Of a DNA stretch of 64,000 nucleotides, positions 55,929-64,000 are shown piece after piece. The notes beneath the pieces were generated by a model. The model worked only from the letters and a program-made list of their open reading frames with translations. It made no database searches and was not told the DNA's origin. Position numbers and translations under genes: made by a program. The DNA lies in assembly GCA_902780585.1 (NCBI GenBank), contig CACZGA010000002.1, positions 126 to 64,125 on the forward strand, read 5' to 3'. Source of the stretch: an uncultured Erysipelotrichaceae bacterium. Lineage in GTDB: Bacteria > Bacillota_I > Bacilli_A > RF39 > UBA660. Within the stretch, counting starts at the first letter, position 1. Every line of letters begins with the position of its first letter.

Positions 55929-56083
55929 AAGCTCACAAACAAAGTGAGTTTTAATATGAAAATATCACCAGCGACACAAAAAAAAGAACTTATAATAATA
56001 TTGATATAACACAAATGATAATTTAAAAAGAAAATACAACTAAAACTATTTACAATAAAATATATGTAATTTAAAGGAATAAG

Positions 56084-56112
56084 TTGACAAATACCTAGTA
56101 ATTTCTTATGAT
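56084..56112 (+). promoter_or_regulatory. sigma-A-type promoter of murA
   Basis: TTGACA (56084-56089), 17-bp spacer, TATGAT (56107-56112). Confidence 0.55.
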
Positions 56113-56175
56113 TAAGTTGGGAAGTAAGAATTAAATTAATAAATAAAATATATATATATTTCAGGAGGAAATAAA

Positions 56176-57432
56176 ATGAAAGTAATAGAAATTGAAGGTG
56201 GCAGAAAATTATCTGGTTCAATTAGAGTAAGTGGTTCAAAAAACGCAACGCTAGCTTTAATACCAGCTGCTATCTTAACAGATGAAGAAGCAACAATTTG
56301 TAATATCCCAGAGATTACAGATACAGATGCACTATGCGACATACTTGCAGACTTAAACGTAAAAGTAAATCGTTCAACAGAAAGTATGGTAATTAATCCT
56401 AAAGATATGAAGAATGTAGTAATTGCTGAAGAACATTCAAATAAATTAAGAGCTTCATATTATTTTATGGGAGCATTATTAGGAAGATATAATAAAGCAG
56501 AAATGTATTTTCCAGGAGGTTGCTCAATAGGTGCAAGACCAATTGATCAACATTTAAAAGGCTTTGAAGCACTAGGTGCCAAAATCACAAATGAAGGAAA
56601 TAAATATATCCTTGAAGCCAAAGAACTAAAAGGTGCAAATATTTATTTAGATGTTGTTTCTGTAGGAGCAACTATAAACATTATTTTAGCAGCTGTTCGT
56701 GCTAAAGGAATTACTACAATTGAAAATGCTGCTAAAGAACCAGAAATAGTATGTGTATCCACATTCTTAAACAACATGGGAGCAAAAATTACTGGAGCAG
56801 GAACTTCAACTATTAAAATTGAAGGTGTAGATCACTTACATAAATGTTTTTATGAAGTAGTACCAGATAGAATAGAAGCTGCAACTTATATTGTAATAGG
56901 AGCTTTATGTGGAGATAATCTAAAAGTTGATAATGTAATACCAGAACATATAGATGCAATGCTATCAAAGCTTGAAGAAGTTGGAGTAGAAACAGAAGTA
57001 GGAGTAGATTACGTAACAGTTTTAAATACTAATAAAGAACTAAAAGGGACAAAGATTAAAACAGCTGTATATCCAGGCTTCGTTACTGATATGCAACAAC
57101 CATTTACAGTATTACTAACTCAAGTAAATGGTAAATCAACTGTAACAGAAACAATATTTGAAAATAGATTTAAACATGTACAATATCTAAATGCCTTAGG
57201 AGCTAACATAACAGTAGAAAACCAAACCGCTACTATTATTGGGCCAACTAAATTAAAAGGTACAGAAGTAGCCGCAACAGACTTAAGAGCTGGAGCTGCT
57301 ATGGTTGCCGCAGGTTTAATAGCAGAAGGAAAAACTACTATTACTAATGCCGAACATATTTTAAGAGGCTATGAACAAATAGTAGAAAAACTAACATCTG
57401 TAGGTGCCAAGATAAAAATACTAGAAGTATAA
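56176..57432 (+). CDS. murA: UDP-N-acetylglucosamine 1-carboxyvinyltransferase
   Basis: SGSKNATLALIPAA and active-site PGGCSIGARPIDQH; 418 aa. Confidence 0.95.
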   Translation: MKVIEIEGGRKLSGSIRVSGSKNATLALIPAAILTDEEATICNIPEITDTDALCDILADLNVKVNRSTESMVINPKDMKNVVIAEEHSNKLRASYYFMGALLGRYNKAEMYFPGGCSIGARPIDQHLKGFEALGAKITNEGNKYILEAKELKGANIYLDVVSVGATINIILAAVRAKGITTIENAAKEPEIVCVSTFLNNMGAKITGAGTSTIKIEGVDHLHKCFYEVVPDRIEAATYIVIGALCGDNLKVDNVIPEHIDAMLSKLEEVGVETEVGVDYVTVLNTNKELKGTKIKTAVYPGFVTDMQQPFTVLLTQVNGKSTVTETIFENRFKHVQYLNALGANITVENQTATIIGPTKLKGTEVAATDLRAGAAMVAAGLIAEGKTTITNAEHILRGYEQIVEKLTSVGAKIKILEV

Positions 57433-57481
57433 TTATAAAATTATATTTCTTTTTGTCTAAAAGCAAATAATAAAAAAACAC

Positions 57482-57510
57482 TTGAAAAATAATAAATAAT
57501 TTGATATATT
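57482..57510 (+). promoter_or_regulatory. sigma-A-type promoter of rpmE
   Basis: TTGAAA (57482-57487), 17-bp spacer, TGaTATATT extended -10 (57502-57510). The leader holds an AUGACAA-AUAUU-UUGUCAU hairpin. Confidence 0.55.
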
Positions 57511-57566
57511 AAGTACGCATTGAATTACTATGACAAATATTTTGTCATGGCGGAAGGAGAGATAAT

Positions 57567-57782
57567 ATGAAAAAGGATATTCATCCAGAAATAAAGGACT
57601 GTACAGTTACATGTGCTTGTGGTAATACTTTTACTTGCAAATCAACAAAATCAGAAATAAATGTTGAAATTTGTTCAGAATGTCATCCATTCTATACAGG
57701 AAAACAAAGTAGAGCTTCTCGTGCAGGTAGAGTAGACAAGTTCAATAAAAAATACGGTTTTACAAATAAAGAAGCAGAATAA
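57567..57782 (+). CDS. rpmE: 50S ribosomal protein L31 (Zn-ribbon type)
   Basis: MKKDIHPE.., with CxC..CxxC cysteines (CACG...[11 protein letters not shown]); 71 aa. Confidence 0.95.
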   Translation: MKKDIHPEIKDCTVTCACGNTFTCKSTKSEINVEICSECHPFYTGKQSRASRAGRVDKFNKKYGFTNKEAE

Positions 57783-57845
57783 AGTAGATTTATCTACTTT
57801 TTTTTATTCCCTATGATATACTTATAGTATTAGGGGGAAAACAAT

Positions 57846-58529
57846 ATGGGAAAACCAGACAGATTTTTAGACCTCCCTACAGGGGAAGAAAATGATCCGA
57901 GAAAAGATAAATACCTAAGTCTTCCAACAAGTGATTATTATACCTTTAAATCAGATGAAGAAGCAGAGGCTTTTTATAAATTGACTTTACCTGAAATAGA
58001 AAAAATAAAAGATTACCGACTTGTAGAACAATACAAATGGGAATTAGAACAACTAAAAACAGATCTAATAGCCAAAGGAGTAATAGAATTACTATATGGA
58101 GAGTCAATCGAAACGATATTTTCAGCAATTGAAAAATCTCAAGAACAAGAAAGAGATAATTATAGCTATTCTTTTTTCCCAAACCATATAGTTACTATAC
58201 ATAGACCAACAAGAGAAAGTAAAACGAAAAAAACTTGTTGTTGCTATTTCTGCGCCTGTATTATAAGATCGGGCTCTCCCAAAATAACTTGGAGACCACT
58301 ATTAATAGATCATGATACAAAAGAAGCATATATACTAAATCATGAAATAATTGTTTGCCCGGAATGTAGTTCTAATTTACCAACAAACATTAGTGAATTA
58401 GAAACACTAAACGATAATATGTTAGGTGAAAGTTTTTATAACAATGGAGTGATTGATATTCAATATGACCATTTAGCAGGAATTACAGGTGGTGAATTAT
58501 ACCCTAAAAGATTAGAAAGGAAGAGGTAA
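57846..58529 (+). CDS. hypothetical Cys-rich protein
   Basis: 227 aa. Acidic helical N-half. The C-half has KKTCCCYFCACII ... IVCPECSS (putative zinc site). No family recognised. Confidence 0.6.
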   Translation: MGKPDRFLDLPTGEENDPRKDKYLSLPTSDYYTFKSDEEAEAFYKLTLPEIEKIKDYRLVEQYKWELEQLKTDLIAKGVIELLYGESIETIFSAIEKSQEQERDNYSYSFFPNHIVTIHRPTRESKTKKTCCCYFCACIIRSGSPKITWRPLLIDHDTKEAYILNHEIIVCPECSSNLPTNISELETLNDNMLGESFYNNGVIDIQYDHLAGITGGELYPKRLERKR

Positions 58530-58530
58530 T

Positions 58531-58983
58531 ATGCGTATAGCCCTAGCAAGCGATCATAGAGGATTTGCTTTAAAAGAAGAATTAAAAATAAAATTACAAG
58601 AACAAGGCCAAGAAATAATAGATTGTGGAGCCTTTAATGATGCCCCTTCTGACCATATGGATTATGCCTTCAAATTAGGGGATAAGATAGTAAAAAAAGA
58701 AGCAGACTATGGAGTTGCTATATGTGGTACCGGAATAGGTATGAGCATTGCCTGCAATAAAATGAAAGGTATTCGTTGTGCTAAAGTAGATAGTAACAAT
58801 GATGTTATTAAAACTAGATTAGATAATGATTCAAATGTAATGTCATTTGGTCAAGATATTCCTTTAGAAACAGCTTTAGAATGGGTTAACCTATTCATTA
58901 ATACCCCTAAATCTATGGAAGCAAGATTTGTAAGAAGAAGAAATAAATTAAAACAATACGAGGCGAAACATTATGACAAGTAA
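58531..58983 (+). CDS. rpiB: ribose-5-phosphate isomerase B
   Basis: MRIALASDHRGF and ICGTGIGMSIACNK motifs; 150 aa. Confidence 0.93.
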   Translation: MRIALASDHRGFALKEELKIKLQEQGQEIIDCGAFNDAPSDHMDYAFKLGDKIVKKEADYGVAICGTGIGMSIACNKMKGIRCAKVDSNNDVIKTRLDNDSNVMSFGQDIPLETALEWVNLFINTPKSMEARFVRRRNKLKQYEAKHYDK

Positions 58984-59170
58984 ATTTTTATTATATGTAG
59001 TAAATACAATATTAGTAATATGGGCAATGGATTCTATTAATATTAATGGTATCTTTAAAAAAAATAGAATCTTACAAGCCAGAGTATTTTACTTTTTATT
59101 AGGTCTAAGTCTAATATATTTAGTAACTAATTTTATCTGGGATTTATATAGTTCTATAAAAATTATATAA
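58973..59170 (+). CDS. small two-TM membrane protein (DUF1146/YwzB-like)
   Basis: 65 aa. Two hydrophobic helices flank GIFKKNRILQARVFY. Overlaps the rpiB stop by 11 nt. Confidence 0.55.
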   Translation: MTSKFLLYVVNTILVIWAMDSININGIFKKNRILQARVFYFLLGLSLIYLVTNFIWDLYSSIKII

Positions 59171-59246
59171 ATCCTTCTTTTTTTTTGAAAAAAACATATA
59201 TTTTATAATAATTATGGTAAAATAATGAATGGGAGGAATGAGACAT

Positions 59247-60242
59247 ATGCTAGCAAGAGATATTGGAATTGATTTAGGAACAGCAAATGTATTAATTTTT
59301 ATTAAAGGAAGAGGAATTGTACTAAATGAGCCTAGCATAGTCGTCATTGATACTGAAACAAAAAAAGTAATTGCTGTAGGAGAAGAAGCTAAAGAAATGT
59401 TAGGCAGAACCCCTGAAAAAATAAAGGCTATAAAACCAATGAAAGATGGGGTAATTGCTGACTTTGAATTAACAGAAATAATGTTAAATGAATTTATAAA
59501 AAAAGCCAAAGCTAGAAAAGTAATTACTAAACCAAGAATATTAATATGCTGTCCTACAAATATTACCCCTGTTGAAAAGAATGCTATTAGAGAAGCTGCT
59601 GAAAGAACAGGTGCTAGGAAAGTATATATAGAAGAAGAACCTAAAGTTGCTGCTATAGGTGCTGGTATGGATATATCAAAAGCAACTGGTAACATGGTAT
59701 TAGATATTGGAGGAGGAACAACAGATATAGCTGTTTTATCAATGAACGATATTGTATCTTCAAAGTCCATAAAAATAGCCGGTAACCAATTAGACCAAGA
59801 TATTATTAGTTATATAAGAAGCAAATATAAACTATTAATTGGTGAAAAAACAGCTGAAGAAATAAAAATAAATTTTGCTAATGTATATAAACCAAAAAAG
59901 ACAGAAAAACTAGAAATAAAAGGTAGAGACCTAATGACAGGACTACCTAAAGCAATTGAAATTACTCAAAATGAAACAAAAGAAGCAATGGATGATAGTA
60001 TTAATCGTATGATAAAGGCCTGTAAAAGTGTCCTAGAACTAACACCACCAGAATTATCCGCAGATATTGTGGAAAAAGGTGTAATTCTAACAGGAGGAGG
60101 ATCTTTATTAAGAGGTTTATTAGAACGATTAGAAAATGAACTAACAATACCAGTATTAATAGCAGAAACACCCTTAACTTGTGTAGCCGAAGGCTGTGGA
60201 ATATTATTAGAAAATAGAAAGCAATTAGAACAAAACCAATAA
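59247..60242 (+). CDS. mreB: rod shape-determining actin homologue MreB/Mbl
   Basis: DIGIDLGTANV, KPMKDGVIADF, VLDIGGGTTDIAV, ILTGGGSLLRGL. Start ATG 59247 (GGGAGGAA SD). Confidence 0.95.
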   Translation: MLARDIGIDLGTANVLIFIKGRGIVLNEPSIVVIDTETKKVIAVGEEAKEMLGRTPEKIKAIKPMKDGVIADFELTEIMLNEFIKKAKARKVITKPRILICCPTNITPVEKNAIREAAERTGARKVYIEEEPKVAAIGAGMDISKATGNMVLDIGGGTTDIAVLSMNDIVSSKSIKIAGNQLDQDIISYIRSKYKLLIGEKTAEEIKINFANVYKPKKTEKLEIKGRDLMTGLPKAIEITQNETKEAMDDSINRMIKACKSVLELTPPELSADIVEKGVILTGGGSLLRGLLERLENELTIPVLIAETPLTCVAEGCGILLENRKQLEQNQ

Positions 60243-60298
60243 AATGGTTTTTTTCTTTGTATTTAATAACAGATTTGATATAATTTGATTAGAAAGAA

Positions 60299-61393
60299 GT
60301 GAAGCAAATGAAATTGCAATTGTTATCTGCTGTAAGAATAGTATTAGTAACATTTTTATTTTCGGCCGTATTCATGTTCCTAATGAGAAAATTAGCTACT
60401 CATATAGGGGCCGTAGATATACCTAGATCTGAAGAAGGAAATCGTCATATTCATAAAAAAATAACTCCTAAAATGGGAGGGTTAGGTATATTCTTAGCCT
60501 TCTTAATGGGCTATATGTTCTTTGGAGAGCAAAGTATTAGAATGAACTCTATCTTAATAGGAAGTTTTATAATAGTTCTTATTGGTATGTTTGATGATAT
60601 AAAACCAATAAAAAACAGCTATAGATTTTTAGTTCATATAGCCGCTGCCTCTGTAATTGTTTTTTACGGAGGAATATTATTAGATAATATATCAGCCTTT
60701 GGCTTTTCCTTAAACTTTGGAATTCTTTCTTACCCAATAACAATATTATTTATAGTAGCTTGTACTGATATTATTGATTTAATAGATGGACTAGATGGTT
60801 TAAGTGGTGGTATATGTAGTATTTTCTATTTAACTATCGCTATTATCGGTTTATATCAAGGAAGATTTGGAACACTTGTAATGACTTTAACATTAATAAT
60901 GCTAGGTTCAACCTTAGGTTTCTTACTACATAACTTTCACCCAGCTAAAATATTTGCCGGGGACTGTGTAACCTTTATGGGCTTTATAATTGGAGTTATA
61001 ACTCTACTAGAATTTAAAGGCCCAGCACTTATCTCCTTCTTTGTACCAGTAACTATTTTAGGAATACCAATATTAGATACCTTCTTTGCTATTATAAGAA
61101 GACTATTAAAAGGTCAACCACCCTTCCAAGCAGATAAAGGACATCTTCACCATCAACTATTAGGAATGAATTTTTCTCAAACAGTAACAGTACTAATTAT
61201 TTATGGAATCGATTTACTATTTGCCGCAGCTTCTATTTGTTTCACAATAATTGATCCTGTAATAGGAGAAATAATATATATAATTATCTTTATCATAGTA
61301 ATATGGTTTGTTCTACATACATCTATTATTTCTGAAAAAAACCCAAAATTTACTGATAAAATAAAAAGAAAATTAAGATTAAAAAAGAAATAG
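60299..61393 (+). CDS. glycosyltransferase family 4 (MraY-like) undecaprenyl-phosphate HexNAc-1-P transferase, TagO/WecA-like
   Basis: About 10 TM helices. KMGGLGIFLAF, DDIKPI, IDGLDGLSGG motifs. Start is ambiguous: GTG 60299 (ORF track) or ATG 60308, since the TATAAT at 60279-60284 leaves a very short leader. Confidence 0.85.
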   Translation: MKQMKLQLLSAVRIVLVTFLFSAVFMFLMRKLATHIGAVDIPRSEEGNRHIHKKITPKMGGLGIFLAFLMGYMFFGEQSIRMNSILIGSFIIVLIGMFDDIKPIKNSYRFLVHIAAASVIVFYGGILLDNISAFGFSLNFGILSYPITILFIVACTDIIDLIDGLDGLSGGICSIFYLTIAIIGLYQGRFGTLVMTLTLIMLGSTLGFLLHNFHPAKIFAGDCVTFMGFIIGVITLLEFKGPALISFFVPVTILGIPILDTFFAIIRRLLKGQPPFQADKGHLHHQLLGMNFSQTVTVLIIYGIDLLFAAASICFTIIDPVIGEIIYIIIFIIVIWFVLHTSIISEKNPKFTDKIKRKLRLKKK

Positions 61394-61418
61394 TCACTAT
61401 AAACATAGTGGCTTTTTT
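61392..61418 (+). terminator. rho-independent terminator after the tagO-like gene
   Basis: AGUCACUAU-AAAC-AUAGUGGCU followed by U6. Confidence 0.7.
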
Positions 61419-61459
61419 ATGGCAAATATGCTATACTAAAATTACAAGGAGGCGATAGT

Positions 61460-61993
61460 ATGGAAATTATAATTCATGGAGACAAAATTAAAGTAACTAA
61501 AGCTATGCGTGATTATATTGAAGAGAAGCTAGATAAATTAAATAAATATCTAGAAAATAGCGATACTGTTCGCGCAAACGTCATAGTAAAAGTTAAAGGA
61601 CATGAACAAACAGTTGAAATAACCATACCATTAAAATCATTTATTTTAAGATCGGAGGAAACAAAAGAAGACTTCTATGCTGCTGTTGATAAAGCAACTG
61701 ACGTATTAGAAAGACAAATACGTAAAAACAGAACAAAACTACAATCAAAGAAAGAAAAACAAAATATTGATTTCAATTTTGCTAATATAGAAGCTATAGA
61801 AGAAGAAAAAGAAGAGCATAAAATTGTTAAACGTAAACTAATAGAAGTAAAACCTATGACAGAAGAAGAAGCAATTCTTCAAATGGAATTATTAGGACAC
61901 GAATTTTATATGTTTAAAGATGCAGATACTGATAAGTATGCAGTAGTATATAGACGTAAAGATGAAAATTACGGAATTATAGAATCAGAGTAA
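61460..61993 (+). CDS. hpf: ribosome hibernation-promoting factor (long form)
   Basis: 177 aa. S30AE N-domain (ITIPLK..) plus a C-terminal dimerisation domain (KPMTEEEAILQMELLGHEFYMF). Confidence 0.92.
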   Translation: MEIIIHGDKIKVTKAMRDYIEEKLDKLNKYLENSDTVRANVIVKVKGHEQTVEITIPLKSFILRSEETKEDFYAAVDKATDVLERQIRKNRTKLQSKKEKQNIDFNFANIEAIEEEKEEHKIVKRKLIEVKPMTEEEAILQMELLGHEFYMFKDADTDKYAVVYRRKDENYGIIESE

Positions 61994-61997
61994 AAAG

Positions 61998-62034
61998 AAA
62001 AAACGAGAAAACCTTTAAATTCTCGTTTTTTTTT
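61998..62034 (+). terminator. rho-independent terminator after hpf
   Basis: AACGAGAA-loop-UUCUCGUU followed by U8. Confidence 0.75.
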
Positions 62035-62065
62035 GATAAAATAAATACTTGAAGGAGAAATGGAC

Positions 62066-64000
62066 ATGAGTATATTAAAAAAGATGTTTGATCATGAATA
62101 TAAAGAATTAAGAAGATTCCGTGGTATTGCTGATAAAGTAATGGCTTTGGAAGAAGAATATTCAAATCTAACAGACACAGAATTACAAGATAAAACCGAG
62201 CAATTTAAAGATAGATTAAGAGAAGGAGAAACCCTAGATGATATCTTAGTAGAAGCTTTTGCTACTGCCAGAGAAGCCTCTTTCCGTGTCATTGGTGAAA
62301 GACACTTCTATGTTCAAATTCTAGGTGCTTTGGCAATTCATTATGGAAATATTGCTGAAATGAAAACTGGTGAAGGTAAAACATTAACTGCTGTATTACC
62401 AGCATATTTAAATGCTCTTACTGGTGATGGAGTTCATATTATAACCGTTAATGAATACTTAGTAACCCGTGATGCTGAATGGATGGGTGGAATTCTAAGA
62501 TTCTTAGGTTTATCAGTTGCTGCCAATATAAGAAGCATGTCATCTAAAGAAAAACAAGACGCATATAATTGTGATATTTTATATTCTACAAATAGTGAAA
62601 TAGGTTTTGATTATCTAAGAGATAACATGGTTGTAAAAAAAGAAGAAAGAGTTCAAAGAAAACTTAATTTTGCTATTATCGATGAGGTTGATTCAATCTT
62701 AATTGATGAAGCTAGAACACCATTAATTATTTCTGGTGGTGAAATGACTAATGCTAATTTATATATTCAAGCAGACCAATACGCCAAAAGTCTAAAGGCA
62801 GAAAAAGACTATATTTTTGACGAAAAAACAAGAAGCGTTAATCTAACAGAAGAAGGGTCTGATAAAGCCGAAAAAGCGTTTCATATAGACAATTTATATG
62901 ATATAGAAAATGCAACTTTACTTCATTTTATTAATCAAGCTCTACGTGCTAACTATTCAATGAAAAGAGATATTGACTATGTTGTACAAGATAACGAAAT
63001 AGTAATAGTAGACCAATTCACAGGACGTTTGATGAAAGGAAGAGCTTATTCAGATGGCTTACACCAAGCAATAGAAGCCAAAGAGGGCGTAAACATCAAT
63101 CAAGAAACTAAAACTCTTGCGACAATTACTATTCAGAATTTATTCCGTATGTATAAAAAACTAGCTGGTATGACTGGTACTGCTAAAACAGAAGAAGAAG
63201 AATTTAGAAATATTTATAACATGTACGTAATAGAAATACCAACCAACAAGGAAGTAATAAGAATAGATGCTCCAGACTTAGTATATGCAACAAAAGAGGC
63301 TAAATATAAGGCTATAATTGAGTTTGTTAAAGAAAAATACCAAGAAGGACAACCTGTATTAATAGGTACAATTGCTATCGAAACAAGTGAGTTGATAAGT
63401 AGTTTATTAAAACAAGCTCATATACCACACGAAGTATTAAATGCTAAGAATCATGAAAGAGAAGCTGAAATAATCTCTAAAATTGGTTTAAATAAATCTG
63501 TAACTATTGCTACAAATATGGCTGGTCGTGGTACAGATATTAAATTATCAGATGAAATAAGAGCTTTAGGTGGACTATGTGTTGTAGGTACTGAAAGACA
63601 TGAATCTCGTCGTATAGATAATCAGTTACGTGGACGTTCTGGTCGTCAAGGAGACCCAGGATATACCCAATTCTTTGTATCGATGAAAGATGATCTAATG
63701 GTAAGATTTGGTTCTGATAGAATTGGTACAATGATGGAAAATATGGGTTTAGGAGACCAAGCAATCCGCAGTAAAGCCTTCACCAAATCAGTAGGAACAG
63801 CCCAAAAAAGAGTTGAAGGAAACAACTTTGATATTCGTAAAAACTTACTACAATATGATGACGTAATGAATAATCAAAGAGAAATAATCTATGATAAAAG
63901 AAACAAAATACTAGATAATGAATCAATTCATGAAATGGTATTAACTACCTTTAGACATCATATAGAAGACTTAGTAAAATCTCATATTGCCCCAGAAGGA
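62066..64000 (+). CDS. secA: preprotein translocase ATPase SecA (N-terminal 645 codons; continues past window end)
   Basis: Own translation from ATG 62066 (GAAGGAG SD 8 nt upstream): [18 protein letters not shown]..., [53 protein letters not shown]. No stop before base 64000, so it is absent from the ORF track. Confidence 0.95.
   Translation, partial: MSILKKMFDHEYKELRRFRGIADKVMALEEEYSNLTDTELQDKTEQFKDRLREGETLDDILVEAFATAREASFRVIGERHFYVQILGALAIHYGNIAEMKTGEGKTLTAVLPAYLNALTGDGVHIITVNEYLVTRDAEWMGGILRFLGLSVAANIRSMSSKEKQDAYNCDILYSTNSEIGFDYLRDNMVVKKEERVQRKLNFAIIDEVDSILIDEARTPLIISGGEMTNANLYIQADQYAKSLKAEKDYIFDEKTRSVNLTEEGSDKAEKAFHIDNLYDIENATLLHFINQALRANYSMKRDIDYVVQDNEIVIVDQFTGRLMKGRAYSDGLHQAIEAKEGVNINQETKTLATITIQNLFRMYKKLAGMTGTAKTEEEEFRNIYNMYVIEIPTNKEVIRIDAPDLVYATKEAKYKAIIEFVKEKYQEGQPVLIGTIAIETSELISSLLKQAHIPHEVLNAKNHEREAEIISKIGLNKSVTIATNMAGRGTDIKLSDEIRALGGLCVVGTERHESRRIDNQLRGRSGRQGDPGYTQFFVSMKDDLMVRFGSDRIGTMMENMGLGDQAIRSKAFTKSVGTAQKRVEGNNFDIRKNLLQYDDVMNNQREIIYDKRNKILDNESIHEMVLTTFRHHIEDLVKSHIAPEG

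Noticed and set aside
55946-55999. 17-codon ORF (MKISPATQKKELIIILI) in the prmC-murA spacer
   Set aside because: It has no convincing SD and lies immediately after the prmC hairpin. Such short ORFs are expected by chance in a 250-bp AT-rich spacer.
55844-56342. Two minus-strand ORFs (125 aa and 68 aa) across the prmC-murA spacer
   Set aside because: They run antisense to the prmC 3' end, the murA promoter and the murA 5' end. The sequence is AT-rich and low-complexity. The spacer is better explained by a prmC hairpin and the TTGACA-17-TATGAT murA promoter.
59144-59770. 208-aa minus-strand ORF
   Set aside because: It is fully antisense to the well-supported mreB gene and the preceding small membrane-protein gene. 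Its composition is low-complexity and hydrophobic, as expected of antisense AT-rich coding sequence.

Overview
AT-rich (by eye about 30% G+C, not computed), standard-code (TGA is a stop) chromosomal replication-origin region of a low-GC Bacillota genome, Bacilli/Erysipelotrichia-like. Gene orientation flips at 24.6-25.0 kb. To the left, every real gene is on the minus strand: dnaA-dnaN-[comK-like]-recF-gyrB-gyrA, then SRP RNA-tadA-dnaX-ybaB-recR-holB-ricT-MTase-rsmI-pth-mfd-hyp-[T-box]metG-tatD. To the right, almost all genes are on the plus strand: rpmH-rnpA-yidC-jag-hyp-mnmE-mnmG-rsmG-noc-parA-parB-mscS-DUF951-abgT, ychF, rpsF-ssb-rpsR, DHH-rplI-dnaB-M23-MBL-rlmH-ung, argS, rpoE, prfA-prmC, murA, rpmE, rpiB, mreB, tagO-like, hpf, secA (partial). 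oriC is bipartite around dnaA. RNA elements are a T-box leader (metG), a minimal about 80-nt SRP RNA, and a candidate about 190-nt structured sRNA after rpsR. I saw no rRNA, tRNA, CRISPR, transposase or integrase. The stand-out feature is a 660-bp non-coding tandem array (14970-15630, nine units of 75 bp). Each unit carries one parS palindrome (TGTTNCACGTGAAACA) and one Noc-binding-site palindrome (TATTTCCCGGGAAATA), giving 18 alternating loading sites for two ParB-family proteins. Both candidate genes (noc-like 31605-32915, parB 33777-34682) lie in the same window. The noc-like protein lacks an N-terminal membrane-targeting helix and carries an about 190-aa low-complexity insertion. Secondary points: a ComK-family gene sits in the dnaN-recF slot behind three 10-bp-phased repeats; an orphan soluble VirD4/TraG-like ATPase pairs with a divergent AraC-type gene; a stand-alone GdpP-like DHH/DHHA1 protein follows the candidate sRNA; and several unclassifiable small proteins interrupt otherwise conserved blocks.
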